Translations under genes and position numbers: made by a program
Notes under the pieces: model-generated
Seen by the model: the letters and a program-made list of their open reading frames with translations, nothing else
Told to the model about the DNA's origin: nothing
Databases searched by the model: none
Source: Stegostoma tigrinum
Lineage: Eukaryota
Direction: 5' to 3'
Assembly (NCBI RefSeq): GCF_030684315.1
Contig: NC_081357.1
Location: 60,499,517-60,563,516, forward strand
DNA length: 64,000 nt
Shown here: piece after piece, positions 14,085-27,600 of the stretch
Layout of the letters: each line of letters begins with the position of its first letter
Position numbering within the stretch: the stretch's first letter is position 1

Positions 14085-14165
14085 AGGTCTGAAAGTTCAG
14101 CCTTCCTGCTCCTCTGATGCTGCTTGGCCTGCTGTGTTCATCCAGCTCTACACCTTGTTATCCCA
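14085..14165 (+). mobile_element. Penelope terminal fragment
   Basis: gatgctgcttggcctgctgtgttcatccagc shared with copies near 5800, 30400, 55100 and 62160. Confidence 0.7.
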
Positions 14166-15554
14166 GTACAAATAATACTTTGGCTTGTGTTTAAGTGATT
14201 AGCTATTTGAGTACTTGCTGAAGAACTAGATCAATTTAAACCTCAATCGTTGTATAATAATTGTGAACCACTCCAACTGTGGCAGACTGTTTCGAGTGGT
14301 TTTGCCTATTTTAGCCTGTGTTGCACTTTGTTCTGCTGCTAAAGCTTTGACTCACTTATGCATGTCTGCTGCTTATTCAACCAAGCACTGCTCTCATCAA
14401 AGAAGCAGTCTATCTTGTAAATGGCAAAAGCTGAGCCTATGAAACTGTTTCTTCAAATCACTGCTCAGTCATATGATAAATTTACAACATTTGCATTTCC
14501 CGGACATGCTTGGTCACAAAGAATCTGATAACATATCTAATTAGTCTGAAAATATTAGGGAAGAAAACAGAATACGAACGTACAAGTGTTCAACAGATGG
14601 ATATAGGTGATAAATCTAGATTGTCAGCAAAGCAATGCTTGTAAATTGGAAAGCAGAAATCTGCAGACCATGTGAAACTTGAAGTCACTTCAGCTACATG
14701 GTGTATCTAAGATAGAAGAAATAGGAACAAGATACTAGAACCAAAGGCCTTATCCAGAGGAAGGATAAATGGTTCAATTGGATTACAAAAAATCTCAGAT
14801 TAGAGACTGAAAATAAACATTAAAGAATGTAGGTTATGTAAAAATATATAGAATTTAAATAAAAGGTTTGGTGTATTCAATGGGATGTAAATGATAACTG
14901 TAAGCTATTGTAGTGAGACAATTAAAATATGAAATACATCAAGCTAACTCTAACAATATGTTGTACAGGCATAGGTCAGCTTAAAGAAGTAAATTTGCTG
15001 TAAGGGAAAATGATGCCAAAACACACAAGAATTTTAATCAGGACTTCAATAAACTTGGAAGACTAAAGTGGTTACAGTCATAGCTGCTAAGAAAATGCAT
15101 GAATACTTCCTTTGTTATTCAATGCTTTAAGTTAGTTTAGAGAGGCACTGCCCATCTTAATGCGGCAGGTCTTGGACAAGGTTATGGAAATCTATCTACT
15201 TGAGTCAAACCACATCCTGAACATTGCATCCAGATCTGGTTAGCAAGAATTAAAAGACAATTAAGTAACAAACACAATGAAGCAATGATACTACAGCGAA
15301 GGAGCAAGGACCCGTGTTATGAGGAGATACTTCAAAAAGCTGAGCATTGGAACTTACAGAACTCTACATTTTTCAAACTGACTTGGACAGAATGCATATG
15401 CTTACAGATCATAATTGGTTTGTTTTGTATGGAATGTGGTATATTTTCATCATGTATTCCAATTCAATAATATATATGTGAGTTTAAAAGTAAAGCAGTG
15501 CATTTATTCCCAAAATGTACTCCAAATTAGTGCAGCATCACTTACTCTGACACG

Positions 15555-15710
15555 GGCACACATGCACTCACGCAGACACAGACACACACATACACACACA
15601 CACAGACATGCTTGTACACATACATACACACACAGACACACACACACACACACACACACATGTAGAAAGATTCACAGACAGATATAGACACTGACACATC
15701 CACAGACAGG
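15555..15710. repeat. Imperfect (CA)n microsatellite
   Basis: Direct reading. Confidence 0.9.
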
Positions 15711-15861
15711 CACTGATGCACAGTATTCTACTTTTACAGATTAAAGTTCATGCAGAATCTGATTTATGATCTCCAGTCTCCCATGTCACAGAGCTATAGC
15801 TTTTTGAAGGGATTTGCTCTTTTTATGTTTAACTAATAAACATATTGCAGGACACAATGAT

Positions 15862-16081
15862 TGTCATGATGTCAGCCAGGCAGACCTCGTAGAATATGAG
15901 GTCCCTAATTGGGGCTGTTAATCTGGCTTGATCAAGGAGCCCTGGCTGACAGATATAAACAGGAGTATCAGACATCCTGTTCACTCTGACTGCTGGCTCT
16001 GAGGGAGCTGGATCAGTCTCAATGACTCGTAAATAAAGGGTGATTTGGTGATGGGATACTGGCCTCTGTGGCATTACTTCA
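15862..16081 (+). mobile_element. Candidate solo LTR (about 220 bp)
   Basis: TG...CA termini (tgtcatga...tacttca), TATA-like gatataaa near 15952 then aataaa near 16032; TSD imperfect (atgat/cagat). Confidence 0.5.
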
Positions 16082-16679
16082 CAGATGAGACAAAGGGTTT
16101 ACATAGTTATGATGTTTCTGTAGATGACTATCTTGAAGGCTGGTTTTCAGGTAGATTTTGACACCGGACCAGGTTAAGTATTTTGACAGCTCAATTACAT
16201 GCAGCTAGATTTCAGAGTCTGGTTCTTAGACTAGATTAGTTGACGACTAATAGTTCAGATAGATGTGCTGTGTTCTAGGGTAATAAAGATTTAATCCTTA
16301 AAATCAGCTTCGACCCCATGGTTGATGCTTCCGAAGCTCACCCAGCCTGGTTTGCATGAGGGAAGCCATCATTATATCAGAAGTTGATATTGACCATTGA
16401 TATTTGATCTTTATTGTAGACCTGCATGAAACATAAAGATGGACAGTTTGAAAATCCATAGTCCTTAGGTGTTGGGCAATTCTTTAACAAAGTGAATTCT
16501 ATCAACACTTGGGAAGCATTCTTTCCTATGTTCATATCAAATTAGATATTGACTGTAGACTTGACACTGTCTGTCTGAAAATGGTGAAACTTACAAGGTT
16601 GCAGTTGCCACTTTAATGGCTGGTTTCTGCAGGTTTTTTTTAAATGCATGGTCTGAAGGTTCATAATAAAGAGGTTATG

Positions 16680-16882
16680 CCATTGTGGTCTTGTCAGCGC
16701 GTAAGGTTGCTCCCTCATTAAAGAGAGACGACCGGTGGTGTTTAACCTGAGGGTCAACACGTCTCAGGCAAGGCATGAGGTTGAGAAGGTGTACTTGGGA
16801 ACCCCAGCTGATGCAGGAGTTGAACCCAGGCTGTTCACATCACTCCACATCGCAAGTCAGCCATCCAGCCAACTGCGCCAAC
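16680..16882 (-). mobile_element. tRNA-derived SINE
   Basis: Minus head ggttggcgcagttggctgg...gggttcaactcc; homologous to 1530-1742. Confidence 0.65.
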
Positions 16883-17470
16883 CAATTGAAACTGTGGTGA
16901 ATGTTGATGAAACTTCGTCAAGGGTCAACGGGAAGAAATAGACATAGAAGCCCAACTGATGACTGATCTCATGAAATACTGTTGTTTGGCCCATGTTATT
17001 ATTTACAATGTAAAGAGCAACAGATGTTCCTTTCATTTGAGGAAAAAATTACTGTGCAGACTGGCTGATGTCCTCATTTATTTACTTTCCAAGTTTCTTT
17101 TGTTTTTTTTCTCTCTCTCTGTTGCCTCCCTAGCTTCAGGCCTTTGAATGTTTTCAAAATAGTGAACTACAAGAATTTTAACAGGTATCCTGAGAGATAA
17201 GTTCAGCACGTATATGAGGCTTCAGAAACATCTTTTTGATCCTCTCTGAAAGGTTACATATGTGTTTTGATCTAAAAATGCACTTTGCACCAGTCTACCC
17301 TGGTAAAGGTTTTGTGATTAGTTGTGCTAAAACTAATTAAATATTAAATATCAAGTGAATGTGGTAGCAAAATGTTTAAAGTTGTTATTATTGTCCTACT
17401 GCACATGTTGACCTAGTCTTTAGGGAAAATAAAAGATTAAGTGGAGATTTTCTTTGTTGAATGTTCTGAT

Positions 17471-17812
17471 GTTCTGAAAATGTTCAGTCACAAGTATTGC
17501 CTCGTCCCTAATTATAGGTTGCTATATTTAATACTGTCAAGTCTTATTAGAGAAACACACTGGAAATCAAGCCTGCTATTCCAGAGTCATTACAAAAGTT
17601 AAAGACTTTATCAAAATGTGCACTTTCCTGAATTTACCTGTTCTGAATATGTTGGTTCACAGTTAACACCTAGTCGCTAATTATTGGCTGTTATATTTAA
17701 TATTGTCATGCTTATTGGGGTGCTCATTGGAAATCAAGCCCGCTATTCCAGAGGCATCACAAAGGTTAAAAAATTTATCAAACTATGCAGCTTCCCCAAG
17801 TTACTTGTTTAT
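17471..17812. repeat. Diverged tandem duplication, 2 x 169 bp
   Basis: gttctgaa.atgtt at 17471/17640; ctaattat at 17508/17677; tggaaatcaagcc.gctattccagag in both copies. Confidence 0.85.
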
Positions 17813-17899
17813 AATTCCCAACTGAGTTGGTCATTCCAATCAACAGCTGGTAAGCAGCAAATAAAATTCACACCATACGAGTAAAGGTACAGTTGTCTC

Positions 17900-18565
17900 C
17901 AAGAGATAATCTCTCCACTTCTCAACCTCATTACAACCATTCAGTTGCCCACCTTAAATATACTTGGGGGATCAGGATCAGAGACTTAACTCGACGAACC
18001 AAGTAAGTACTATGGCTACAACAGTAGGCTGAGAATCCTGGAGTGAGTAATTCACCTCCCAACACTCCAAAGCCCATCCGCCATGAGCAAGACACCAGTC
18101 AGGAATGTTCCCACTTGCCTGGTTGAATGCAGCCCACAACTCTCAAGCAGCTCAACATATCCAGGACAAAACATCCTGTGTGTACAGAAATCCAACCAAC
18201 ATCTGAAGTATTCATTTGATCCATCACCAACTCACAGTGGTAGCAGTGTGTGCCATCTACAGGATGCACTGCAGCAACTCACCTTCAGCAGCACCATCCG
18301 AACCAATAACCTTTACTTTGAAGAACAGGCATGCAGATGCACAGGGTCACCAATGACTTGTAAGTTCCCTTCCAAGCTATGTACTATCCTGATTTGGAAT
18401 TATATTACTATTCCTTCATTTTTACTGGCTCAAGATCATTGATCTCCCTTCTTAATGGGTGTATATATACCAAATGAATCGCTCTTCTGAAGAAAGTCGA
18501 AGGCAACCCATAACCATTTTCTCAAAGGCAATTAGAAATGTGCACTAAATACTGGCTTGCCTTCA
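17900..18565 (+). mobile_element. Degraded CR1/L2-group LINE 3' part (second family)
   Basis: cccacttgcctgg...ctcaag...atccaggacaaa and tgccatctacaggatgcactgcagcaactc shared with 57070-57210. Confidence 0.7.
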
Positions 18566-18792
18566 TATTCATATCTGAAGAGCAAGTATTAAAGAAGTAG
18601 ATGACTTACCATGATTTTCAACGTAAAACTGCTGATTGCAATTTATGAAAACCAATATTCTAGTAGGTATATTGTTCAGATATTCTTGAATCAGTTCACC
18701 ATAATATTTATTCTGTATATGAGTGATATGCCGTAGGTACAGGAAACGTATACTCGTAAGGTATAGTGGAGGGGGCCGGGTGTCGTTCATTA

Positions 18793-21047
18793 TAGAACGT
18801 AGAACATAAAACAGTACAGCACAGAACAGGCCCTTCAGCCCACGATGTTGTGCCGACCATTGATCCTCATGTATGCACCCTCAAATTTCTGTGACCATAT
18901 CTGCATGTCCAGCAGTCTCTTAAATGTCCCCAATGACCTTGCTTCCACAACTGCTGCTGGCAACGCATTCCATGCTCTCACAACTCTCTGTGTAAAGAAC
19001 CCGCCTCTGACATCCCCTCTATACTTTCCTCCAACCAGCTTAAAACTAGGACCCCTCGTGTTAGCCATTTCTGCCCTGGGAAATAGTCTCTGGCTATCAA
19101 CTCTATCTATGCCTCCCATTATCTTGTATACCTCAATTAGGTCCCCTCTCCTCCTCCTTTTCTCCAATGAAAAGAGTCCGAGCTCAGTCAACCTCTCTTC
19201 ATAAGATAAGCCCTCCAGTCCAGGCAGCATCCTGGTAAACCTCCTCTGAACCCTCTCCAAAGCATCCACATCTTTCCTATAATAGGGTGACCAGAACTGG
19301 AAGCAGTATTCCAAGTGCAGTCTAACCAAAGTTTTATAGAGCTGCAACAAGATCTCACAACTCTTAAACTCAATCCCCCTGTTAATGAAAGCCAAAACAC
19401 CATATGCTTTCTCAACAATCCTGTCCACTTGGGTGGCCATTTTAAGGGATCTATGTATCTGCACACCAAGATCCCTCTGTTCCTCCACACTGCCAAGAAT
19501 CCTATCCTTAATCCTGTACTCAGCTTTCAAATTCGACCTTCCAAAATGCATCACCTCACATTTATCCAGGTTGAACTCCATCTGCCACCTCTCAGCCCAT
19601 CTCTGGATCCTGTCAATGTCCCGCTGCAGCCTACAACGGCCCTCTATACTGTCAACGACACCTCCAACCTTCATGTCGTCTGCAAACTTGCTGACCCATC
19701 CTTCAATCCCCTCATCCAAGTCATTAATAAAAATTACAAACAGTAGAGGCCCAAGGACAGAGCCCTGTGGAACACCACTCACCACTGACTTCCAGGCAGA
19801 ATATTTTCCTTCTACTACCACTCGCTGTCTTCTGTTGGCCAGCCAATTCTGTATCCAGACAGCTAAGTTCCCCTGTATCCCATTCTTCCTGACCTTCTGA
19901 ATGAGCCTACCATGGGGAACTTTATCAAATGCCTTGCTGACGTCCATATACACCACAGTCACAGCTCGACCCTTGTCAACTTTTCTAGTCACATCCTCAA
20001 AGAACTCAATAAGGTTTGTGAGGCATGACCTGCCCCTCACAAAGCCATGTTGACTGCATTTAATCAAGCCATGCTCTTCCAGATGGTCATAAATCCTATC
20101 CCTCAGAATCCTTTCTAACACCTTGCAGATGACAGATGTGAGACTTACTGGTCTGTAATTGCTGGGGATTTCCCTATTTCCTTTCTTGAAGAGAGGAATT
20201 ACATTTGCCTCTCTCCAGTCCTCAGGTACGACTCCAGTGGAAAGCGAGGATGCAAAGATCTTCGCAAGTGGCGAAGCAATTGCATTTCTCATTTCCCAAA
20301 GCAGCCGAGGACAAATCTGGTCTGGGCCTGGCGACTTGTCAACCTTAATGTTTGACAAAATTTTCAGCACATCAGCTTCCTCTATCTCTATCCATTCCAG
20401 CATGCACACCTGCTCTTCAAAGGTTTCATTCACTACAAAGTTCGTTTCTTTCGTAAAGACAGAAGCAAAAAACTCATTTAGGGCTTCCCCTACCTCCTCA
20501 GACTCCACACACAAGTTCCCTATGCTATCCCTGATCGGCCTTACTCTTTGACCATTCTCTTATTCCTCACATAAGTGTAAAATGCCTTTGTGTTCTCCCT
20601 AATCCATTCTGCCAAGCCTTTCTCGTGCCCCCTCCTGGCTCTCCTCAGACCATTTTTGAGCTCCTTCCTTGCCTGCCTGTAATCCTCTAGAGCTGAGCTT
20701 GACCCTAGCTTCCTCTACCTTCTGCCTTTTGATGAGAAGCTCCACTGCTCTCGTCATTCAAGGTTCCTTTATCTTACCCCTTCTTGCCTGTCTCAGAGGG
20801 ACATATTTATTCATCACTTGCAACAACTGTTCCTTAAACAGTCTCCACATGTCTATAGTGCCTTTACCATGGAACAATTGCTCCCAGTCCATGCTTCCTA
20901 ACTCATGTCTAATCGCTTCATAGTTTCCTCTTCACCAATTAAATATCCTCCCATTTTGCCTAATCCTCTCCTTCTCCATAGCTATGTAGAATGTGAGGCA
21001 GTTATGGTCACTATCACCAAAATGCTGTCCCACCACAAGATCTGATA
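18793..21047 (-). mobile_element. Young 5'-truncated CR1 LINE with uninterrupted RT reading frame (18835-20514)
   Basis: KSPGPD, NYRPVSLTS, QHGFVRGRSCLTNL, GVPQGSVLGP, SKFADD, HLEYC.QFWSP, RRRRGDLIEVYKI; (ttcta)-type 3' tail. Confidence 0.96.
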
Positions 21048-23599
21048 TGTTTCAAGAATCATAAACATAGGCTTGTAATATAAGCAGCACAAATTAATGT
21101 ACGATATGCTGCTTTTATTTGTTCATTCTCTTCTGACTTAAGCCCAATAACTACTTTCTAAGTTACCATGCCACACGCACTGAGCAAACTCAGCCTGTTC
21201 ATGCTGGGATACGGATTTCTGTACCAAGCACTACTACACAGATTTGCCGCACCCACTGCCAGAAAAGGTGCCTCGAATTTTAGGATCTTCATTTCAGGGA
21301 GGCAGTTGCAGAATGGTGCCATACATCCCTCACAACCACTCCCATCACAACCTCTACCATGCCCAAATATGCTAAGTCAAACAACCTGTGCCCTCACTAA
21401 TTCACGGTTCCTTTTAGCCCATATGCCAACTTAGTGCAAACTCATATCATCCCACATTTCTAACACACTCCCATGGTCTCTGTGCAAAATTAGTGCCAAC
21501 TTATGGCATTCCTGTCATACCATGCACCATTATTACACCCTCCTGCCAGCTCACCCAGTATTCATCGCCGGCAGACATCAGGATCCATGCCGAATCAAAT
21601 GAGATAAAGCACTAAACATCAATTACAGATTTCAATGTCATTGGTTATTTTTTTAAAAAATCACTGGATTTACGTCCCCTCAAATAATTAATTTGTTCTA
21701 AAAATAGATGTATTTATAACTCCACGTCATAACAGTTAATCCTCTAATAACCTCTTTTACCTGTTAATCAAGCTATGAAATTGCTACCACCTCCCTCACT
21801 CTTTGACACTGTTACCAGTGGAAAGCAATCCATTAACTCCTATAACAGAACGAAGAGTTTTGCTATTGAAGCTGCTGCAACACATTTCCAATAGATCACA
21901 TACACCTGCAAGTGACTTTACTTTTAGTTTTTAAAAGGACTAACTATTTAAATAGCTTGACAGTTTGACAGTCTCGCAGACCTCATCCACAATTCACAGC
22001 ATCCACGTCCACTCTAAATGTTCACACTAGCACCGGCAAAATTAGTGTCTGTTTGAATTCAACACCAAGTTCTAATGAGTTCAGATTTCACACATGAATC
22101 TTGTAATGCCCCATTTAATAGCCTCTCCCTTAGTGAAAATAGAACCTATCAGAAATAGGAGTGCGACCTCCAGGTCTGAGACCTGACACTTAAAGATCCT
22201 CACAGCCTCTATCACTTTTTGAAAATCCTGAAAGTCTGACTTTCAGGAAGTTATTTCACCACAAGGTGTTTAGAATAGGGGCCCGTAAGATCTTGTACCC
22301 TCACAGATGTGTATACGTACAGACATGCAGTTCAGTAACAGCTATTGGGTATCAGCCTACAGATGATCTCAGCTGTTTTCTATTCCTAACTGAAGCCACC
22401 AGGACCAATCACTGTGCTACGGTTACTTTGTCCTCCCTAAGGCTAGTAAGTTCAGTATAGATTAGTCACCAAACCTAGAACTTGATTGGTGTTTATGATT
22501 TAGCCAGTAAGTGAACAAAACTCACTAGTCCAACCAGGGTTTGTGAATAATTCCAATTTCAACAATATCTTGACCACTAAACTCTTAATGTATTCTTACT
22601 TCAGAGGATTACCTAGCGTCTATGCTGACAAACCAGCTATCAGCCCAAAAATCTTGTGCCTATGTCATGCTCAATCCAAACCTCACCCATCTTCCCCTCC
22701 CATCATTTTTTCATCTATTTATATCTTCTATACCATATGTTTAAATCGTTCCACAGTGACTAAATCCAGGCCAGTTTTTGACAATCAGAGTTTGACAAAC
22801 TGAGTTAAAATGTTGTAAACTTCAGATAACGTATATTTAGTTATTCCTATGCTAGTTTCATAGTCAGTTCCAGGTACACGCCTTATAATTTACTTGATTA
22901 CTGGGCTCTCTATTACTTCTATGTGACACTCCCTTCTGGAAGGTTTTATTACAGCAACCAAAAATTGCCATTCATTTACTATTCTTGAGCTGTTCAATCA
23001 AGTTGGCTGGCATTGGCAGTGGCTTAAATTACCATGGGCCATCCTGGCCCAAATGTTGTTCTAACCTGGTAAATTGCTTAATTACAATCATTTATTACTG
23101 GAACTGTCAAATTACTGCCTCTACTGTAGGAAGACCAGGCTAACTTTCTTCCCAGTTTATGATTCATTGGCCATGAGACAAGCACAACTATTCACTCTTG
23201 TCAGGTTGTTACATAAAGTAATAATAATTGCAAGGGCTCTTGTGATGCAGTGGTAGTATTCCTACAACTTGGCCAGGAGGTCAGAATTTAAGTCCCACCT
23301 ACTGCAAGAGTGGGTAATAACATCACAATAGCATTTGCTCAAGAATAACACAGTGATCAGCACAACTTAATTTGAATGAACTGCCGTTGATTATTGAACC
23401 ATAGCACAAACGCTATGTTATACGTGACTAGAAGATGATTCTATTAGCATTAAATTGCAATCAAAAGAAAAGTAGGAAGCAGTCAGGACAGGAGCCATGC
23501 ATCAAGGAAAGAATTAAGTGATATGTTAAGCCATCTCTTTAACCTGTAACTGAATACTTCAATTGAACTTCATTTTGAGGTCTTGGTGATTTTGTAGAG

Positions 23600-23975
23600 G
23601 TAGTAGTGCAGTGGTAATGTCGCTGAACTCGCAAACTAGAGTCCGAGGCTAATGTTCCAGGGATATGGGGTTGAATCCCACTGCAGCAGATTGTGAAACT
23701 TGGATTCAACTTGAAAATGATACGTAATTGAAAGCTAGTCTAAAGTCAACCATTAAATCACCATGAATTATTGTGAAAATCCATCTGGTTCACGAATGAC
23801 CTTGAGGGCAGGAAAACTGTCACCTTTGACCTGATCCTACATGTGACTCAAGACCTACAGCTTTGTGGTTGACTCTTAAATGCCCTCTGAAAGGGATCAA
23901 TTGGTTCGTGGTGAACTAAGGAGGGGTGACAAATGCTGGCCTTACTAGTGATGTCTGCTTCCCTTCCAAGAATTT
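23600..23975 (+). mobile_element. tRNA-derived SINE (same family as 48887-49240)
   Basis: gtgcagtggtaatg, ggttgaatccca, tgtggttgactcttaaatgccctctg. Confidence 0.7.
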
Positions 23976-24267
23976 TGTTTAAAAAGATAAATTTCAATAC
24001 TTTTCTCTCTGCCCCAACAATGTCAGATGTAAAACAGTATTCCATAAAAGCAGGAAAATAAAGTTCATAAAAGTGGATCATTGTTGCCTGGAAACAGTGT
24101 AAATATATTTTTACAATAATGGCCTGTTGAAAGTAAAACAAATTGTCTGGCCAAAAACTGAAATCACATCACCCGAATACAGCTTGTAAAACATATAACA
24201 GCTTGCGAAGTGTTGCCAGACAACCATCACATCACCATATTGTCATCACTGTTGTTTGGAAACCTCA

Positions 24268-26230
24268 CATAAGAGCATATGAACTAGGAGCAGGAGTAGG
24301 CCATCTGGCCCCTCAAGCCTGCCCCGCCATTTAGTAAGATCATGGCTGATCTTGTTGAGACTCCACTTACCGTCCACTCACCATAACCCTTAATTCCTTT
24401 GCTGTTCAAAAATTGATCTAGCCTTGCCTTAAAAACATTCAGTGAGGTAGCTTCAACTGTTTCACTGGAGAGAGAATTCCACAGATTCACAACCCTTTGG
24501 GTGAAGAAGTTCCTCCTAACCTCAGTCCTACATCTGCTTTCTTTTATTTTGAGGCATTGCCCTCTAGTCCTAGTTTCACTTGCTAGCAGCAACAACCTCC
24601 CTGCCTCCACCTTATCTATTCCCTTCATAATCTTATATGTTTCTATAAGATTTCCCCTCGTTCTTCTGAATTCCAATGCATATAATCCCAGTCTACTCAG
24701 TCTCTCCTCATAATCCAACCCTCTCAACTCTGGAATCAACTGAGTCAATCTCCTCTGCACCCCCTCCAATACTAGTATATCCCTTCTCAGGTAAGGAGAC
24801 CAAAACTGCACACAGTACACCAGGTGTGGCCTCATCAGGACCCTATACAGCTGCAGCATAGCCTCCCTAATTTTAAACTCAATCCCTCTAGCAATGGCAG
24901 ATAAAATTCCATTTGTCTTTTTAATTACCTGCTGCACCTGCAATCCCACCTTCAGCGATTCATGCACAAGGACACCCAAGTTCCTGTGCACAGCAGCATG
25001 CTGCAGTTTTTTACCACTTAAAACATAGTCCATTTTGTTGTTATTCCTACCAAAATGAATAACCTCACACATATGAACATTGTACTCCATCTGCCAGACC
25101 TTTGCCCACTCACTTAGATGATCTATATCCTTCTGCAGACGTTCAGTGTCTTCTGCACACTTTGCTCTACCACTCACCTTAGTATCATTTGCCAATTTTG
25201 ACACACCACACTTAGTCCCCAATTCCATATCATCTATATAAATTGTAAACAATTGCGGTCCCAACACTGATCCCTGAAGCACACCACTAACCACTGACCG
25301 CCAGCCAGAAAAACACCCATTTACCCCTACTCTTTGCTTTCTACTAGTCAACCAATCCTCTATCCATGCCAATACATTACCTGTAATACTGTACAACTTT
25401 ATCTTATGTAGCAGCCTTTGGTGTGGCACCTTGTCAAATGCCTTCTGGAAATCCAGATACACCACATCCTCGTCCACCATGCAAATAATGTCCTCAAAGA
25501 ATTCCACCAAATTAGTTAAACATGATCTACCCTTCATGAACTCATGCTGGCTGTTTCCAGTGGGACAATTTATATCCAGATGTCTTGTTATTTCTTCCTT
25601 AATGATAGATTCAAGCATTTTTCCCACTACTGAAGTTAAGCTAACTGGCCGATAGTTTCCTGCTTTTTGTCTACTTCCTTTTTTAAACAGTGGCGCCACA
25701 TTGGCTGTTTCCAAATCTGCAGGAACCACCCCAGAGTCCAGTGAAGTTTGGTAAATAATTCCTAGTGCATTTGCTATTTCCGCCACCACCACTTTTAGTA
25801 CCCAAGAATGCATTTCATCAGGGCCAGGAAACTTATCTACCTATAGCCCCATTAGCTTGCCCAGCACTGCCTCCTTAGTGACAATGATAGTTTCTAGGTC
25901 CTCACCCACTATAAACCTGTTGCCATTAGTTTTTGGCATGTTATTTGTGTCTTCCACTGTGAAGACCGACGCAAAATATCTGTTTAATGTCTCGGCTATT
26001 TCCTCATTTCCAGGTATTAAATTGACCTTCTCATCCTCGAAAGGATCTTTGCCACTCTTTTACGATTTACATATTTATAGAAACTTTTGCTGCCTGTTTT
26101 TATATTCTGAGCTAGTTTATTCTCATAATCTATCTTACATTTCTTTATAACTTTTTTGTGGCTTTCTGTTGGCCTTTAAAGATTTCCCAGTCTACTAGTT
26201 TCCTGCTACTCTTTGCTTTTTTGTATGGTT
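24268..26230 (-). mobile_element. 5'-truncated CR1 LINE, RT catalytic motif mutated
   Basis: 509-aa ORF with NYRPVSLTS, YLDFQKAFDKV, QGSVLGP; FADD replaced by LAND. Confidence 0.95.
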
Positions 26231-26384
26231 TTTTTAACGAACTATGATGATGTCATTCGAGATTCACATTGTCCAGAATAATTGGCAAGAGAATTCCCCT
26301 TGGGGCAGCATGGATCTGTAGCAGATCAGCTGAACAAATCTGTCTTTTTCGCCTGCATTATCCTCACAGACATAAACGCTTGTT

Positions 26385-26640
26385 AAACATAGAACATAGA
26401 AAAGTACAGCACAGGAGCTAGCCTTTTAACCCAAGATGTTGTGCTTAATATGGTGCCAAATTAAACCAATTCCTTCTGCCTGCCTTTGGTCCATATCCCT
26501 CCATTCCTTGTATATTCAAGTGCTTATCCAAAAGTCTCTTAAACGCCTCTATTGTATCTGCCTTCGCTACTACCCCTGGCAACATATTCCAAACTCCTAC
26601 CACTCCATATAAAAAGATTTGCTCCTCACATCTCCTTTTG
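26385..26640 (-). mobile_element. CR1 3' fragment
   Basis: catagaacatagaaaagtacagcacagg tail similar to 18800-18840. Confidence 0.75.
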
Positions 26641-27129
26641 TAGTAAAATATATATATTTTAATTCCAAAGTTTTAACATCCTTTCCTGTTACATGTAGTT
26701 CATGGAAGAGATTTTTAGCAATGCAGCACATCTGTACGCAAGGAACTATATAGAACTGTAGGTTTGATAATGAATTGCTCATTGGAGCATGGAATCTTAG
26801 TGTGCTTTCCATCAATCAGTTAACAGCAATTATTTCTGGGGAAAAGGTAGGAAGGACTGCACACAAGTACAGAAACAATTCTGAACTGGATATCTTTATT
26901 CCATGCTGGAGTTACAGAGAGGTGGAAGCAAAGTGGCACTGTACAGGCACTGTGACACTTCGTTGGGGCTTACTGCAGCCTTTATGACTCGCATTGCACA
27001 TCCTTTTGTGAATTTTGGCTGCACTGACATTCCTAGCTGTACCAACATCATACCTAGTTCCGCTCTCTGTGCTTATATTATGTACCATTTTTATTCTGCA
27101 ACAAAGAGGGGACAATGCCAGTAGTGTAG

Positions 27130-27600
27130 CTCACTCACGAGCAACAGTATATTCCTACCCAATAAGCACAATTATTCTATGCTCACTTTGAACGGAAGGC
27201 CAGTAAAACAATATCACCTATTCCAATGGCCTTGGATACATATGTACCCACGGTCACCACTGCAGATAATAGATCAGCCTTCTCAAGAGTGAACCCACAC
27301 AAAGCATGGAACCCTTAGCTGTGCACTCAAGTTCTGTGCAAACCAGCTGGTGGGAGTATTCAGAGTCATCTTTAACTTCTCCTTACTACGACTTGAAATT
27401 CCCATCTACTTCAACAAGATCATCATCATGCTGGTGCCAAAGAAAAATCATGCAACGTGCCTCAGTGACTACTGCCTGGTGGCTCTGACCTCCATGATTA
27501 TGAACTGCATGAGAGGTTAGTCATGGCTCACATCAACTGCAGCCTGCAAAATTGCCTTAAATTTTTGCTGTTTGTCTACAGGCACAACAGGTCCATGAAC
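27130..27600 (+). mobile_element. Rex1/Babar-like LINE RT fragment
   Basis: Remnants RVNPHKA, CANQLVGVF..IFNFSLL, VPKKNHATCLSDYCLVALTSMIM, RLVMAHI, YRHNRS. Confidence 0.75.

Noticed and set aside
15415-15687. His/Thr-rich ORF
   Set aside because: Translation of the (CA)n microsatellite
18845-20923. Plus-strand ORFs of 84-171 aa
   Set aside because: Antisense shadows of the CR1 RT frame
24284-25813. 509-aa RT ORF as a domesticated or active gene
   Set aside because: Catalytic FADD is mutated to LAND, the element is 5'-truncated, and it has an ordinary CR1 3' tail
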